A DNA stretch of 64,000 nucleotides from NCBI RefSeq assembly GCF_024521635.1, contig NW_026250410.1:496001-560000 (forward strand). Direction: 5' to 3'. Under the pieces are notes generated by a model. It was not told the DNA's origin. It made no database searches and saw only the letters and a program-made list of their open reading frames with translations. The translations under genes and the position numbers were made by a program. Below are positions 23,801 to 34,833 of this stretch, in pieces. Source of the DNA: Tricharina praecox. Lineage: Eukaryota. Each line of letters starts with the position of its first letter. Position 1 is the stretch's first letter.

Positions 23801-26800
23801 CTACCCATCCTCTTCCTCTTCCTCCTCCTCGGAGCCACCATCGAAATATCGACTCTTCATCATCCTCCTACTCTGCCTGCGCGCTACTACAGCGGCTTTA
23901 CGGCGAGGCCTACCGGTAGTTGTAGGGGCATCAGGAACAGGGACAGCGACGGGAGCATCTTCATCGCTACCATCGTCCATGTCCATGTCCATATCCATGT
24001 CCTCGTTCTGGCCGGAGGTTGGTTTCGATTTCTTAGCTGGCTTCTTAGCTGGCGTCTTAGCTGGCTTCTTGGTGATTCTTTTCGTAGTTTCACGCGGCGT
24101 CTTCGTCGTTTTCGTCGTTGTGGCCCTCTTTCTAGCTGCCGCGGGCGTTTTCTTGGGTATTGGAGCTTTTTTAACGGCCGCCTTCTGGGGTGAGAAGTAT
24201 TTGGAACGTGTCTTATCGTCCTCGTCCTCGTCCTCTTCTTCTTCCGCCTCCCCCTCGTCCGACGACAAGGACGAGGACTCTGCGTCGGTGGCTGCCATGT
24301 CAGCCATGTCTCGTAACGACATTGCCGTAGCACCGTTGCGGATGCTAAGGAACTGTGGAGTCGGTTTCTCCTCTTCCTCGATATCAAGGATGAAGCCGCC
24401 GCCGCCACCATCACCATCCACTGGTGGTGGTGGTGGCTGTTCGCCTTCCTCGTCGTCATCCAGCAAAAACCCACCACCACCGTATCCCTCACCCTCATCC
24501 TCATCCTCGTCCTCGTCCTCGTCAGTAGGCACAACTCCACCACCATCCTGCACAGGTTCCCTACGCTGCGAGTCCTTTCTTACGAACGGATTAACCTCGA
24601 CCTCCTGGTTCTCGCCGGGATGCGTCTCGCCATACTCCTCCCTCAGCCGTTTCAGCACGCGAGCCTTGAGCACGAGCCTCCTCCACCTGCCCAGCGCCTC
24701 GGCCTCTCTCTTTCCATCCTCACGCTTCTTCCTCTCCTCCTCGGCAGCACGCCACGCATCCCTCACCAGCCCCTCATTCTCCTGCGCAACAACCACGCCC
24801 TCGATATACGGCAGCGCCCTCTGCTGCCGGAACTCAAACCCGGTCACCGCCTCAGCATATGACACGCCCAGCTTCTTCGCGACCCTCCCCGCGCCCTTCA
24901 ATGGGATATGCACCGCGCCCGCGGGGACCATTGTGGGGACGTAGACGTCGATGTTGCCAAAGGCGTTTGTGGGGATGAACCCATCTTCAATCGGCGGGGG
25001 AATGTACAGTTCCGTCTGGAACTCAGCATAGAGGCCCTGCATCGCGGTCTCGCCCTCTCGCTGCTTCTCCTCGATTTCGCGTTTGCGAGCCAGTGTCACC
25101 GCGCGGCGCTTGACCATTTTCAACGGCTGCTCGCCGACCTTCACCGTGCGGCCCTCGCGGTACCAGTTCTCGACGGCTTTGCACACGGCTACGTCGGCGC
25201 GGTTGTAGACTTTCTCTTCGAGCTTCTTGTCGCCCTTGCCGCTGGTGAAGGTCCGCGCATGCCCTTTCCCGGGGATAATGGCTTCCTCACGTTTTAAATG
25301 GCGCTCGAGGACCAGCTCGGGGTGGTTTTTGAGCCCGGACAAGGTATTGGTATTATATTTCTTCGCCGCGAGCTCATCGGGTGGAGCGACCGCCTTGCGT
25401 AGGTCCTCGTCCTCCGCCACCTCCGCATCTGTCCACTTCTCTCGCGGCTTCACCAGCGGCAGCAGTGCCTTCGCGAACCAGTCCACCGAGTACGAGGACA
25501 CCACTTTCCCATCGTACGAGTATATTGGCACCTGCGAGACGGGAATCCGGAAGCCCTTGGTTTTTCCCGGGAACGTGCGCTTGCTTAGGTACCGTGCTGT
25601 CACGTCGCGTGCGTGGCCGTCGGAAGAGTAGGCGACTACGTAGGCGATTACCTGTTTTGCGTTGGCGGCCTTTTTGCCGCGAGGTTCGAATTTGGCCGTT
25701 AGGTCGGGCGTGTGCCCTAAGAGTGGGGAGGGGAATGCCGAGAGCGTGAGATAGGTGTTTGAATATGGGGAATGAAGCTCGGTCCAGAAGGTTGGATATA
25801 GGAGGTCACGATCGAAGGCGGGCTTGTTGACTGTTAAGCATGGGATGTCACTCTTTGTTTCGGGCATACGGACGGAGGACTTACATTTGCTCGACTTGCC
25901 GCTATCATCGTCGTCGCTCGTGTCCTCGAGACTACTCAGGCCGCTGGATTCATCATCCTCGTCGCTGTCAACTCGCTTCCGTTTCCCGTGTCCCTTCCCA
26001 TTTACCTTGGCCTTCCCATTCACCTTCCCATTCACCTCCGCCGGTTTATCACCTGTAGTAACCACCTCCGCCGTCTCCGCAGTCGAGAACCCAAACCCCA
26101 GCGGCTGAAGACTAAACACGACCCTCGCCTCGAATCCGAGGGCTCTACAAATCCCCGTCAACAGCAGCGCGCCGACATCCCTACTGCCTTTACACTCCCG
26201 TGCCAGCGTCCTAAACGCCTGCAGCCCCTTGACCGTCTCGCCCTCGCGCCTAACCATCGTCTCCACCTCCCTTCCCTCTGCATCCTTCCTTCCGGTCGGG
26301 ACAGCCAGCACGTCCTCCCCGGCAGCCTCACGCTCATCCACAAACTGCCTGAGACTTCTATACCCCCTCTTCCTGAGCGCCGGCGCATCGACCGTAAACT
26401 TCGCGCGCCACCAATGTAGCAGCATTCCCAGTGGGGTAAGCAGCGGATCGGTCTTCCCCTTCCCGCCGGCCTTCTCGCGAACCCGCTCGAACGCCGCGGA
26501 AATTCCCGCAGGCAGCTGGCTGAGCAACACCGCTTGCACCTCAGCATCGCTGACCCATCGGTTCCGCGCCCACCCGTGGAATAGAAGGTATTGTACGTGC
26601 AGGCAGTGCGTGAGCACCCGGATCCGCCGCTGCTGCACGGAGGCGCCCTTCTTTTTGCCGGAGAGGGGGACGTCCACACCGGGCGCGCGCGAGAGCGTCA
26701 GCTCTAGGTCGGAACCCATATCCACCGGGATTAGGGACGTGGCGGTGGAGGCGGTGGCGGTGGAGGCGGTGGGGAGGACATCTTCCCATTCTTCTTCTTC

Positions 26801-27157
26801 TTCTTCTTCTTCTTCTTCTTCGTCTTCGTCTCCGTGGTCTTCCACTTCCGATCCTTCCCCATTCCCCTTCCCCTTCCCCTTCCCAGCCCTACTTTCCCCC
26901 GCATCCTCCTCTGAAGACGAGGAGGAGGACTCAGTTGTAGAATCCGTATATCCCGGCATCGCGAGCTTCCGGCGTTTTGTCGGCTTCTTGTCTGTTTCCG
27001 CCTCCTTCTCCTCCGCCTCCCCCTTCACCACCTTTGGCTTCACCACCTTCACCTTCCCCGTCCCCGCCTTCACCACCTTCCTCCGCTTCGCCGGTTTATT
27101 GGTGACGGCGGTGGTGGTCGTAGTGGCGGCAGTGGCGGCTTTCCGTCTCGGCGGCAT
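23801..27157 (-). CDS. RAD4: Rad4/XPC-family nucleotide excision repair protein
   Basis: Transglutaminase-like region (GSRDVGALLLTGICRALGFEARVVFSLQP, FWTEL, ARDVTARY) and beta-hairpin domains (KNHPELVLERHLKREE, GLYAEFQTELYIPPP, IPTNAFGNIDVYVPTMVPAGAVHI, YAEAVTGFEF); probable intron 25831-25884. Which fungal paralogue is unresolved. Confidence 0.92.
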   Translation of the reverse strand: MPPRRKAATAATTTTTAVTNKPAKRRKVVKAGTGKVKVVKPKVVKGEAEEKEAETDKKPTKRRKLAMPGYTDSTTESSSSSSEEDAGESRAGKGKGKGNGEGSEVEDHGDEDEEEEEEEEEEEWEDVLPTASTATASTATSLIPVDMGSDLELTLSRAPGVDVPLSGKKKGASVQQRRIRVLTHCLHVQYLLFHGWARNRWVSDAEVQAVLLSQLPAGISAAFERVREKAGGKGKTDPLLTPLGMLLHWWRAKFTVDAPALRKRGYRSLRQFVDEREAAGEDVLAVPTGRKDAEGREVETMVRREGETVKGLQAFRTLARECKGSRDVGALLLTGICRALGFEARVVFSLQPLGFGFSTAETAEVVTTGDKPAEVNGKVNGKAKVNGKGHGKRKRVDSDEDDESSGLSSLEDTSDDDDSGKSSKCKSSVRMPETKSDIPCLTVNKPAFDRDLLYPTFWTELHSPYSNTYLTLSAFPSPLLGHTPDLTAKFEPRGKKAANAKQVIAYVVAYSSDGHARDVTARYLSKRTFPGKTKGFRIPVSQVPIYSYDGKVVSSYSVDWFAKALLPLVKPREKWTDAEVAEDEDLRKAVAPPDELAAKKYNTNTLSGLKNHPELVLERHLKREEAIIPGKGHARTFTSGKGDKKLEEKVYNRADVAVCKAVENWYREGRTVKVGEQPLKMVKRRAVTLARKREIEEKQREGETAMQGLYAEFQTELYIPPPIEDGFIPTNAFGNIDVYVPTMVPAGAVHIPLKGAGRVAKKLGVSYAEAVTGFEFRQQRALPYIEGVVVAQENEGLVRDAWRAAEEERKKREDGKREAEALGRWRRLVLKARVLKRLREEYGETHPGENQEVEVNPFVRKDSQRREPVQDGGGVVPTDEDEDEDEDEGEGYGGGGFLLDDDEEGEQPPPPPVDGDGGGGGFILDIEEEEKPTPQFLSIRNGATAMSLRDMADMAATDAESSSLSSDEGEAEEEEDEDEDDKTRSKYFSPQKAAVKKAPIPKKTPAAARKRATTTKTTKTPRETTKRITKKPAKTPAKKPAKKSKPTSGQNEDMDMDMDMDDGSDEDAPVAVPVPDAPTTTGRPRRKAAVVARRQSRRMMKSRYFDGGSEEEEEEEDG

Positions 27158-28568
27158 AGTTTCGTTGTTTATTTTCTGGGAAAATGATTATGTGGAGGGA
27201 TGGAGGAAGAAGGCGCGTATGTACTCCAAAGGCAACAACCGGGGCGACGCGACGAGGCGAGGGGAGACGAGACGAGTCATGCATACCACATACCACATGG
27301 ATGACGCAACATGGTTACATGGTGCGTGCGACGTGCGACGTGCGTGCGTGCCAAATTTGGTTGGCGTCGATTGGTCGCTTCGGTGGTCCCCGGCGGGCAT
27401 CGGGATGGATTGCCACTGCCACTGCCATCCCTACGCACGCAACCGGCGGGTGACTTCGTGTGCGGATCTTCTACTCTACTCTAGGGCATCTGGATGTAGG
27501 TACCCATTGTGAAGCTGTACAATACTGTAGGGCAGTACAAGGGTGGGATTTTTACAACAGTGAATGACCGCAGAAACAGTGGGACCGTTGGTTCCGCCGT
27601 TTCCTTAAGTTTACGGGAACGCGTCCAAGTGCCAAAAGCGGGCATCTACTTTTCATAAAGCGGCGGGCAGGCGGGCACAATTCATACAGCTCTCCACAAC
27701 TCCGTCGTCGCCGCTCAATCGTCTTTGCCTGCATTCCGACAGTCCGATTCCCAATCCTGGAGTAGAGTACCTAGGCTAGACGCTTCACCCACCCCCACCC
27801 CAACCGCTCACCGTTTCGGTTTCGATTCATCATCCATCATTCCTGACTATGAAAAAGGAGTATTATACATAACCCCCCGCCCGTCCCACCAGTCGTAAAC
27901 TCTTCTAATAAAAGCTGAAGTTTCCCCAAAGTCAAAGAAAAAGAGAAGAAAAAAAGCACAACGCCCGCCCGCCGACGCCCGCCGTTGAATCGATTCACAT
28001 CCGACAACTTGATCCCCGGTGTCCAGAACCCCAAGCCAATAAAGGCGGGGAAGAAGAACGGACATCGTACAACAGCTACAAGCAAGACAAACACAGAAAA
28101 CCATCCAGCACTGAACAAACAATACACAGTGCAAATGCCCATTGAACCCCTAGGAAAGAAAAAAGAAAAAGGAAGAAAAAAAAGAAGTTAAAGGAAAATA
28201 TAAAAGACCCCCCAATAGCACCACGTGGAAAGTATACCCAAAAGCCTGGTGAAAAACAATCACGGAAACACAAAGTCAAACTCCGTTAAACCCTCTCACA
28301 AACGCAACTGAGAAACACATGAAAAGCAGATAACCCCCAACCCACACCCCGAAAGCCAAGTATAGAAATGAAATCCCGTGATCCCGTGATCGAACTCGGG
28401 CTCAAAGTGTGGGCTATAAGCGCAACTTCGAGCCGAAACAGCGCACCAAATTCAACTAAAAGTCCTAAAAAAAAAGAAGCCTTTTTTGGAGAAAGGAGAC
28501 TCCGAGCCCCCAAAGCAGAAAAAAAGAGGGCCATCCGTAGGATGCCGAAGAATGAATGGAATGGTCTT

Positions 28569-31500
28569 TTATCGTACACCCCACGTGCTCCCCGGAACAA
28601 TCTTCGACTCCACTGTTGTCGCCTGTGAAGCTACTGTCGCATCTGTCGGCGCAGCTACATTGAGAAATGCAAGTTGTTTGGCCGAGTCCGTCGAACTAGG
28701 GTTGCCCTTTGGTGTAGGAGCTGGTACCGCCTCATCCTCCTTCCTTTCGGCCGTCACATCAACCGACTTATGGCTTCGCTTGCGGTAGTCTTGCAGGCTA
28801 AGCTTCTTGGTTTTGGTGGGACTGGGAGACGGGCCCGAAGTAGCAGAATTGACAGCTGCGATGACAGCCGGCGGCAAGGGAACTGCCGTGGAAACAGTAA
28901 GTGGAGACGGGGCTGTTACGGCTCCTTGTGTCAGTTGGCCTGGCGAAACCTGACCACTTGTGGGGCGGGATGGCTTTGGTGACTTTGGCAGTTCGAGGTG
29001 CAAACCAGCAGGCTTAACACCGTTCACACGGACTTTATCTGTGGGACCCAAACCGTTTGGCGACGGCTGACGTGGAGACTTGGCGCGGGGACGTACTGGC
29101 TTTGTGAGATCGGAGACAGGCGCAGGACTGCAGACTGTAGACTGTGGGGATTTGGCAGTCTCAACGACTATCGGTGGTGCGTCGGGGAGTTCTTGGACCA
29201 GTGCCGGGACCAGTGCCGGTGACGGGGCCGGGGCCGGGACTGGGGCTGAGATTGGGGCTAGGGTTGGAGTTGAGATTGGGATTGGGACTGAAGCGACAGG
29301 CGAGCCCATCACACCGGTGGATGGACGTGCCACTTCCTTCTCAGCAGTCTTTTGGACTTTTGGTACTGGAAGTGGCACAGTGGTGTCCGCCGCGAAGCAG
29401 TCGAGTTTGCGTTTCTTGTCATCCTCAGAGGTGGTGGCAGCCGACGCAAACGCAGCCTCTTCTCTATCCTTCAGCAGGCTCTGCATCAGACGTTTCCGCA
29501 GGGGCAATCGAGGTGGTCGGGGAGGCGTCATCGGTACGGCTAGTTTCCACCATGGCAGCTCATCATCCGGTTCCGTCTGGACGGAAGAGTCGACATAGTT
29601 CAACCTTACGGCTTTAGTCTTCACCTTTCGTCGCACTTTGGTCGAGCCTGTCGATGGGGCTGGGGACCCCGCGTTGTTCCGTCGCTTGTGGCCGATCGAC
29701 CCTGTCGAAGAACCCGGTGAGCGGCCAGAACCGGCATCCACAACGGAGACTTCACGTCCGACCGATCCAGGACTGGTTACTGGCGATTCGCCTTTGTGAG
29801 ACTTCGTTTTCCTCTCCTCGGCACCCCAAGTATCTCCCGAACCTGGACTCGCAGAACGGGCAACAGCTCCATCGCCAGCAGTGTTCAGATCCGATGTGGC
29901 GCTATTTCGCTTTCGACGTTTGGGCGGTTGGGGTACTTGTTCTTCTTGCACTTGCTTCTCTATGCGTGAGAGAACTTCTTTGAATTTGCGTTCTTCCCGT
30001 CTGGTCATGGTCGCCGAGTCGACAGCAATATCCTGTTGGTGAACCGGCGTCAAGTCTCGGCTTCCTGGCTTCACTTTCCTATCCGGGTCGCCCTCATTGT
30101 TGTTCCCTTGTTGCACATCCGGAGTGGGCTCCTTCGAGCGATTCGACTCTGTCGAAGGATTTCGCTTTATCCGTTGCTTCTTTCCGTTCCCGTTCCCGTT
30201 GCCGTTGGTCGCGGGTCGTTTCGGAACGGCGGAATCGATCCTGCCGCACTCCTTGATTTTAGCCAGTAGGCACTGGTTCCGATCGACACAGGCACAGTCG
30301 CCCATCTTGTCGAGCAGGTTGTCGACCCAGAGCGCAGCCAGTCTCATCTCGTCCGCGGGTACCTTTGAAAGATCGAAACCTTCGTCCAGGAGATGCTGCG
30401 ACTGCTCCAAGCCGCTCCAATCCCAGCCAAGGGTCAACTCGGTTCCGGCCTTGATGGGTTCCGCGGCAAACAAACCGATGTAAACACTCGAGTCTTCCAC
30501 GAGCATGAATTTTATCGATAAGTTTGGCCTGCAGCTGCGTCGCACGAAGCGTGCCTCGGAACCATGTGTCCTCGCATCAACGTAGATTGGCAGGACTGGA
30601 TGAAAGATGACATAAGGCTTTGGGTGGTGCCATAAAGCGTATTGGTTGATGGTTTCGTCTTTGTACTCGGCCTGGAAACCGACTTCGCCTTTGAACAAGG
30701 CAACGGGCTTTCCTCGAGAACAGGCCGATTCCAAGACGTAGCACCATCGCGGGTGCTCGGAATAGGATTTGGAGGGATCGGGAACCGCTCGGACGGATGC
30801 TTTCGGGAAGGATGTGGCCGTGAAATCGTGTGGCGTGTACTGTCTATAAAGTTCTTCGTTCCGACCGCTTCGGATAGCGGTTGAGAGGAAGTCCTTGACC
30901 GCGCCGTTGGTGTACTTGTTTTGCCCCGTACCGATGTCGATGAATTCGTATCGATACTTGTCCGTATCGGTGTCGCTCTCGGCGTCTGCATTCCTGTCGG
31001 GAAAAGGCGATGGGCTCCCAGTGATCGATCCGGCCTGATGCGAGTTTCCAGCAGAATGCGACGCTCGCTGGTTTCTCTTGCGACTGACCGCCGGCGCCGT
31101 CGTCGTCGGGGGGGCCTGTGGTTCCCTGGGGCTAGGCAATTTGACGATGGCAGTTTTCTCCGTGCCGTAGATCGTTTTACCGACCGTAACCCCGTTCTGG
31201 CCGTTGTGTCCGCCGGGCTGGTGGACTTCCTTCTTCTTGTGGGAGGTGGTCGCAGATCGCTTTCTTCGATTGATCTTCTCGTCCCGTCGGCGCTGTTTCT
31301 GCAATTCCCTGGCTCTTCTGGTTTCCACGGCTCGTGGCGAACAATTGTTGCACAGGTAGTTTGACGGAATATCGTCCTCCGATAACTGCATACATGCAAC
31401 GTGTTGCCACGTTCCGCACTTGTCGCAGCAAACGGTGTATCCATCGTCCTCGTTGCACTCGCAGATGCAGCGAATTTCACCGCCTGCATCGTCAGGCGTT

Positions 31501-31571
31501 TGGGTGGATGTAGCGTTTGAGGGAAGCTGCGGAAGACCGGGAGATGTTGACGCAGTTGGGTTCTCGGTCAT
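28569..31571 (-). CDS. SET3: PHD finger + SET domain protein, Set3/Set4 family
   Basis: PHD IRCICECNEDDGYTVCCDKCGTWQHVACM..YLCNNC; SET IYVDARTHGSEARFVRRSCRPN..IKAGTELTLGWDW; MTRREERK motif; C-terminal KKLSLQDYRKR. Confidence 0.9.
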   Translation of the reverse strand: MTENPTASTSPGLPQLPSNATSTQTPDDAGGEIRCICECNEDDGYTVCCDKCGTWQHVACMQLSEDDIPSNYLCNNCSPRAVETRRARELQKQRRRDEKINRRKRSATTSHKKKEVHQPGGHNGQNGVTVGKTIYGTEKTAIVKLPSPREPQAPPTTTAPAVSRKRNQRASHSAGNSHQAGSITGSPSPFPDRNADAESDTDTDKYRYEFIDIGTGQNKYTNGAVKDFLSTAIRSGRNEELYRQYTPHDFTATSFPKASVRAVPDPSKSYSEHPRWCYVLESACSRGKPVALFKGEVGFQAEYKDETINQYALWHHPKPYVIFHPVLPIYVDARTHGSEARFVRRSCRPNLSIKFMLVEDSSVYIGLFAAEPIKAGTELTLGWDWSGLEQSQHLLDEGFDLSKVPADEMRLAALWVDNLLDKMGDCACVDRNQCLLAKIKECGRIDSAVPKRPATNGNGNGNGKKQRIKRNPSTESNRSKEPTPDVQQGNNNEGDPDRKVKPGSRDLTPVHQQDIAVDSATMTRREERKFKEVLSRIEKQVQEEQVPQPPKRRKRNSATSDLNTAGDGAVARSASPGSGDTWGAEERKTKSHKGESPVTSPGSVGREVSVVDAGSGRSPGSSTGSIGHKRRNNAGSPAPSTGSTKVRRKVKTKAVRLNYVDSSVQTEPDDELPWWKLAVPMTPPRPPRLPLRKRLMQSLLKDREEAAFASAATTSEDDKKRKLDCFAADTTVPLPVPKVQKTAEKEVARPSTGVMGSPVASVPIPISTPTLAPISAPVPAPAPSPALVPALVQELPDAPPIVVETAKSPQSTVCSPAPVSDLTKPVRPRAKSPRQPSPNGLGPTDKVRVNGVKPAGLHLELPKSPKPSRPTSGQVSPGQLTQGAVTAPSPLTVSTAVPLPPAVIAAVNSATSGPSPSPTKTKKLSLQDYRKRSHKSVDVTAERKEDEAVPAPTPKGNPSSTDSAKQLAFLNVAAPTDATVASQATTVESKIVPGSTWGVR

Positions 31572-34027
31572 TATCCTGCTGTAAAGTAGCCTCTCTGCGG
31601 CTTCTTCTTTGAGAGGGTGGATTTTGTCTTTTTTAGAAGCCGTCTGGTAATAAAACCATGTCGAAGAAGCCAGGGAGGAAATGGTGGTTTCCGGGGAGAG
31701 TCGACGAAGAAAATCTGCTGAAAATCAGATTGCCCGCTCGAAAACGAAAACGACGGACATCGTTGGAGCGAAAGACGGGGGGAGGAATGAGCCGGAAAGG
31801 AAGGAGGCGGGGAGCGTGAAGGGGATCAGGAGTAGTAGCGGCTCGGGGGGAATTGTGTTTGGGAGAGGAGCGTCGGGGCGAGCGTGAATAACGGGATCAA
31901 GGAGAATGCTGACCTGTCTAGACGGGGCGACGCACGATCGCAGCAATCACCGAGAGCCCGTCTGTCTTTTAAAAGTTCTCGTTTCGATCGTACGAATGTA
32001 TTCCGCTGTAGCGGTAATATTTCGCAGATGGCGAGAGGATCGTCAACGGTGAGCGCGAGGACAAAGTTGTGAGGTGTTTTTTTTGGGATTTGGATTTGGA
32101 GAGAGCGTCGAAGGCGAGCACAGCGGCGTGACGACGGATAGAGGGAGGAAGAGTAGGAGGAAAGGCTTCTCTATCAGCGGCGAGAGAGGAGGCGACCGAA
32201 GCGTTACCCAGGGGGGAGGGGGTGTGGTAGTTGTTCGTTGATTGTGAGAGGAGGCGTGAATGCGTCGATGTGGAGTCAACGGCAGCGTGGCTAGGTAGAA
32301 CGTAATCGTCGGTCGGAAGGTAGAATGTGAAGGGCGAGGCCTGGCGATGCTGAAGTTTGAACAAGAGGTAGGCGTAAGCAAGGGCAAAGTGGAAGTGTGC
32401 GGTGGTGGTAGTGGTGTTGGTGAGAGGGCAAAGGGATAGTTGGGCAACCAGGTGGAAGAGTGCGTGGTGTGGAATGGTAATGGTGGTGGTGGTAGGAGGT
32501 GGTGAGTGAGGAATGGGTAGTCGAGCGAGTGGAGGGAGGAGAGGAGGAGGTGGATGAGCAGGAGCAGGAGCAAGAGTAGGAGGAGGAGGAAGAGCAGGAG
32601 TGGAAGGAAGTTACGGGAAGACTTGGGACTTTGGGAGGGGGGGGGATGTGGAGGTGTGTGCGGAAGAGACCAGAGAGCGAGCCGTCTCTTTTCGACAGTT
32701 GAGCGAGTAGGCAGCGAGAAAGAAAGGTGGAGAAGAGAGACAGAGACAGAGGGACGAAGGGGCAGAGAGACAGAGAGACAGAGAGAGACGAACCAGACGG
32801 AGGACAAGAACAGTTTAGCTGATGGTAATGCTGATGGTGGTGGGTTCGCAGTTGCAGCAAGCAGCAAGTGGAGGATCAGAGGCAGCAGCAGAATGAGTGT
32901 CTGCTCGCAGGAGTTGTCGCAGAGGCAGCGGCAGGAGCAATAGCAAGTAGCAAGTAGCAGAGCAGTTACCACAACCACCCCAAGCCAGTCTGAGAGAAGG
33001 GGGCACGCATCCATACTTTTGCTTTGCTTTGCTTGCGACGGCAACTCGAAAGCAACCACCTCCACCTCCACCACCACCCAGGTGCAACTTCCTTCCTTCC
33101 TTCCTTTCCCTTCCCTTCCCTCCACCACCCCAGCCGCGACGCAAAACTTAGTAGTCAATTCCTTGATGTGTGCTAACCGGATTCGGAAATTAAGTGTAAT
33201 TAAGACCTGATCGGGGATAAGTCGCCATGTATGTCATTCTGCTGCGCGAGGAGAGGAGGAAACACGAAAGGGAAAGGAAAGTGCACATCCCGACAAACCC
33301 ACCACCCCACCCACCTCCGCCACTACCACCACTTTCACAAGCATTACCACCACCGCCGTGTCGAAAGAAAAAAAAAGGCGCTGATGGATGTGCAGGGGTG
33401 AGCGGAGGGAGGAGTGTGGGAGTGTGAGAGAGAGTGTGTGTGGGAGTGTTATGGTGTGTGCAAGGTAGGTGTGGGCGCGAAAAAAAGGAATGGCGGAAAA
33501 CAGGGAGGTCAGGAAGAGCTGACGATGATGATGGTGATGATGATTATGAGAGGGGGGGAGGGGGGCGGGCGGGGGGACAAGAAAGCAGGTTGAGTACGGT
33601 ACCTAAGGTAGACGGGCTCCGGAGCGGGGACAGCTGGTGCACTGGAGCTGTGGAACGAGACGGGACTCTGTTGTACTGCAACTGTGGGGTAGGTAAGGGA
33701 GTGAGAAGGTGGGCAAGTACTGCGCCACAACCGACTGTGGCTATGGGGTTAACTGCCGCTGTTGTTGGCCGCAACAATCATCATCGGCCATCGTCGATAG
33801 ATGTGTCGGACGGACGGAAGGACGGACGGGAAGGAAGAGAAGGGAGGGGGAGGAGTTGGTGGGAAGTAGTATGTATGAGTCTGAAGGGAGCAAGCAAGCA
33901 GGCCGGCAGGCAAGCAAGCAAGGATGGTTGTTGCGTTGGGATGCGTCGCCTGCGGGAGTTGCAGCGAGCGACAGACAGACAAGTGAGTGGGCGGACGGGT
34001 TTGTTGTGGTGTGTTGACGGTTCGACC

Positions 34028-34100
34028 GACTGACTGCCCCCGACTGCCCGACTGACTGCCCGACTGACTGCCCGACTGCCCGACTGACTGATTGCCCGAC
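34028..34100. repeat. GACTGACTGCCC-type tandem repeat
   Basis: Mixed 8/12-bp units GACT(GACT)GCCC repeated about 6 times. Confidence 0.8.
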
Positions 34101-34748
34101 CGGCCGACCTCCTTCCCTCCTCCTTCCCTCCTCCTTCCCTCCTCCATCCACTCCACAAACTGGCTGGCTGGCTCCCGTGTCCCGCGGAAGGAAAATGCAA
34201 AAAAGGCAGAAGGGAAAGAAAGAAGAAAGCAAGCAAGCACATCGGAATGAAGAGGGAAGTACGTAGGCAGGTAAGCAGGTAGAGTAGGCAAGCTCAACTT
34301 AAGTCCTTTCCATCCTCCCGTCCGTGCCATGGCCCATGCCTAGAGTCGAACGGATAGGGTGGGAAACGGTATGTGCGTGCGTGAGTGCTCTCCCCGACGA
34401 TCTTCCATGTCCATGTGAAGTTGCGAACGGATGACGGAAATCAAAAACGATGTCCGATTTCTTTCGCGAGAAAGGAAACGGGGAGTGGGGGAGAATGAAA
34501 GACTTCCGGGCTGAGACGAGGCGAGAGACAAGAGCGAAGACAGGAACAGGAAGCAGCAGGTAGTAGTTGGTAGATGGCTGCCAGATGGCTGCCAGCAACA
34601 GTAGCAGCTGCCAGCAGCAGAGGTGTTCGGAGAGCAGGTCCTTAGTTATGGTGTGTGTATGTACCGTACCTACCCACGCACAGTGTGCACTGTGTAGAGG
34701 CTTTTTTTCTTTGCCCGAGTCATGGCCACTTGCTGCTGCCACCTGCTG

Positions 34749-34833
34749 CCACCACCACCACCACCACTATCTCCACCACCACCACCACCACCACCACCAC
34801 CACCTCCATCCATCCATCCATCCATCCATCCAC
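34749..34833. repeat. Compound microsatellite (CAC)n-(CCAT)n
   Basis: Directly visible CAC runs followed by CCAT runs. Confidence 0.9.

Noticed and set aside
23979..27512. Long plus-strand ORFs (321 aa, 427 aa) opposite Rad4
   Set aside because: Antisense shadows of a GC-rich, low-complexity coding strand.
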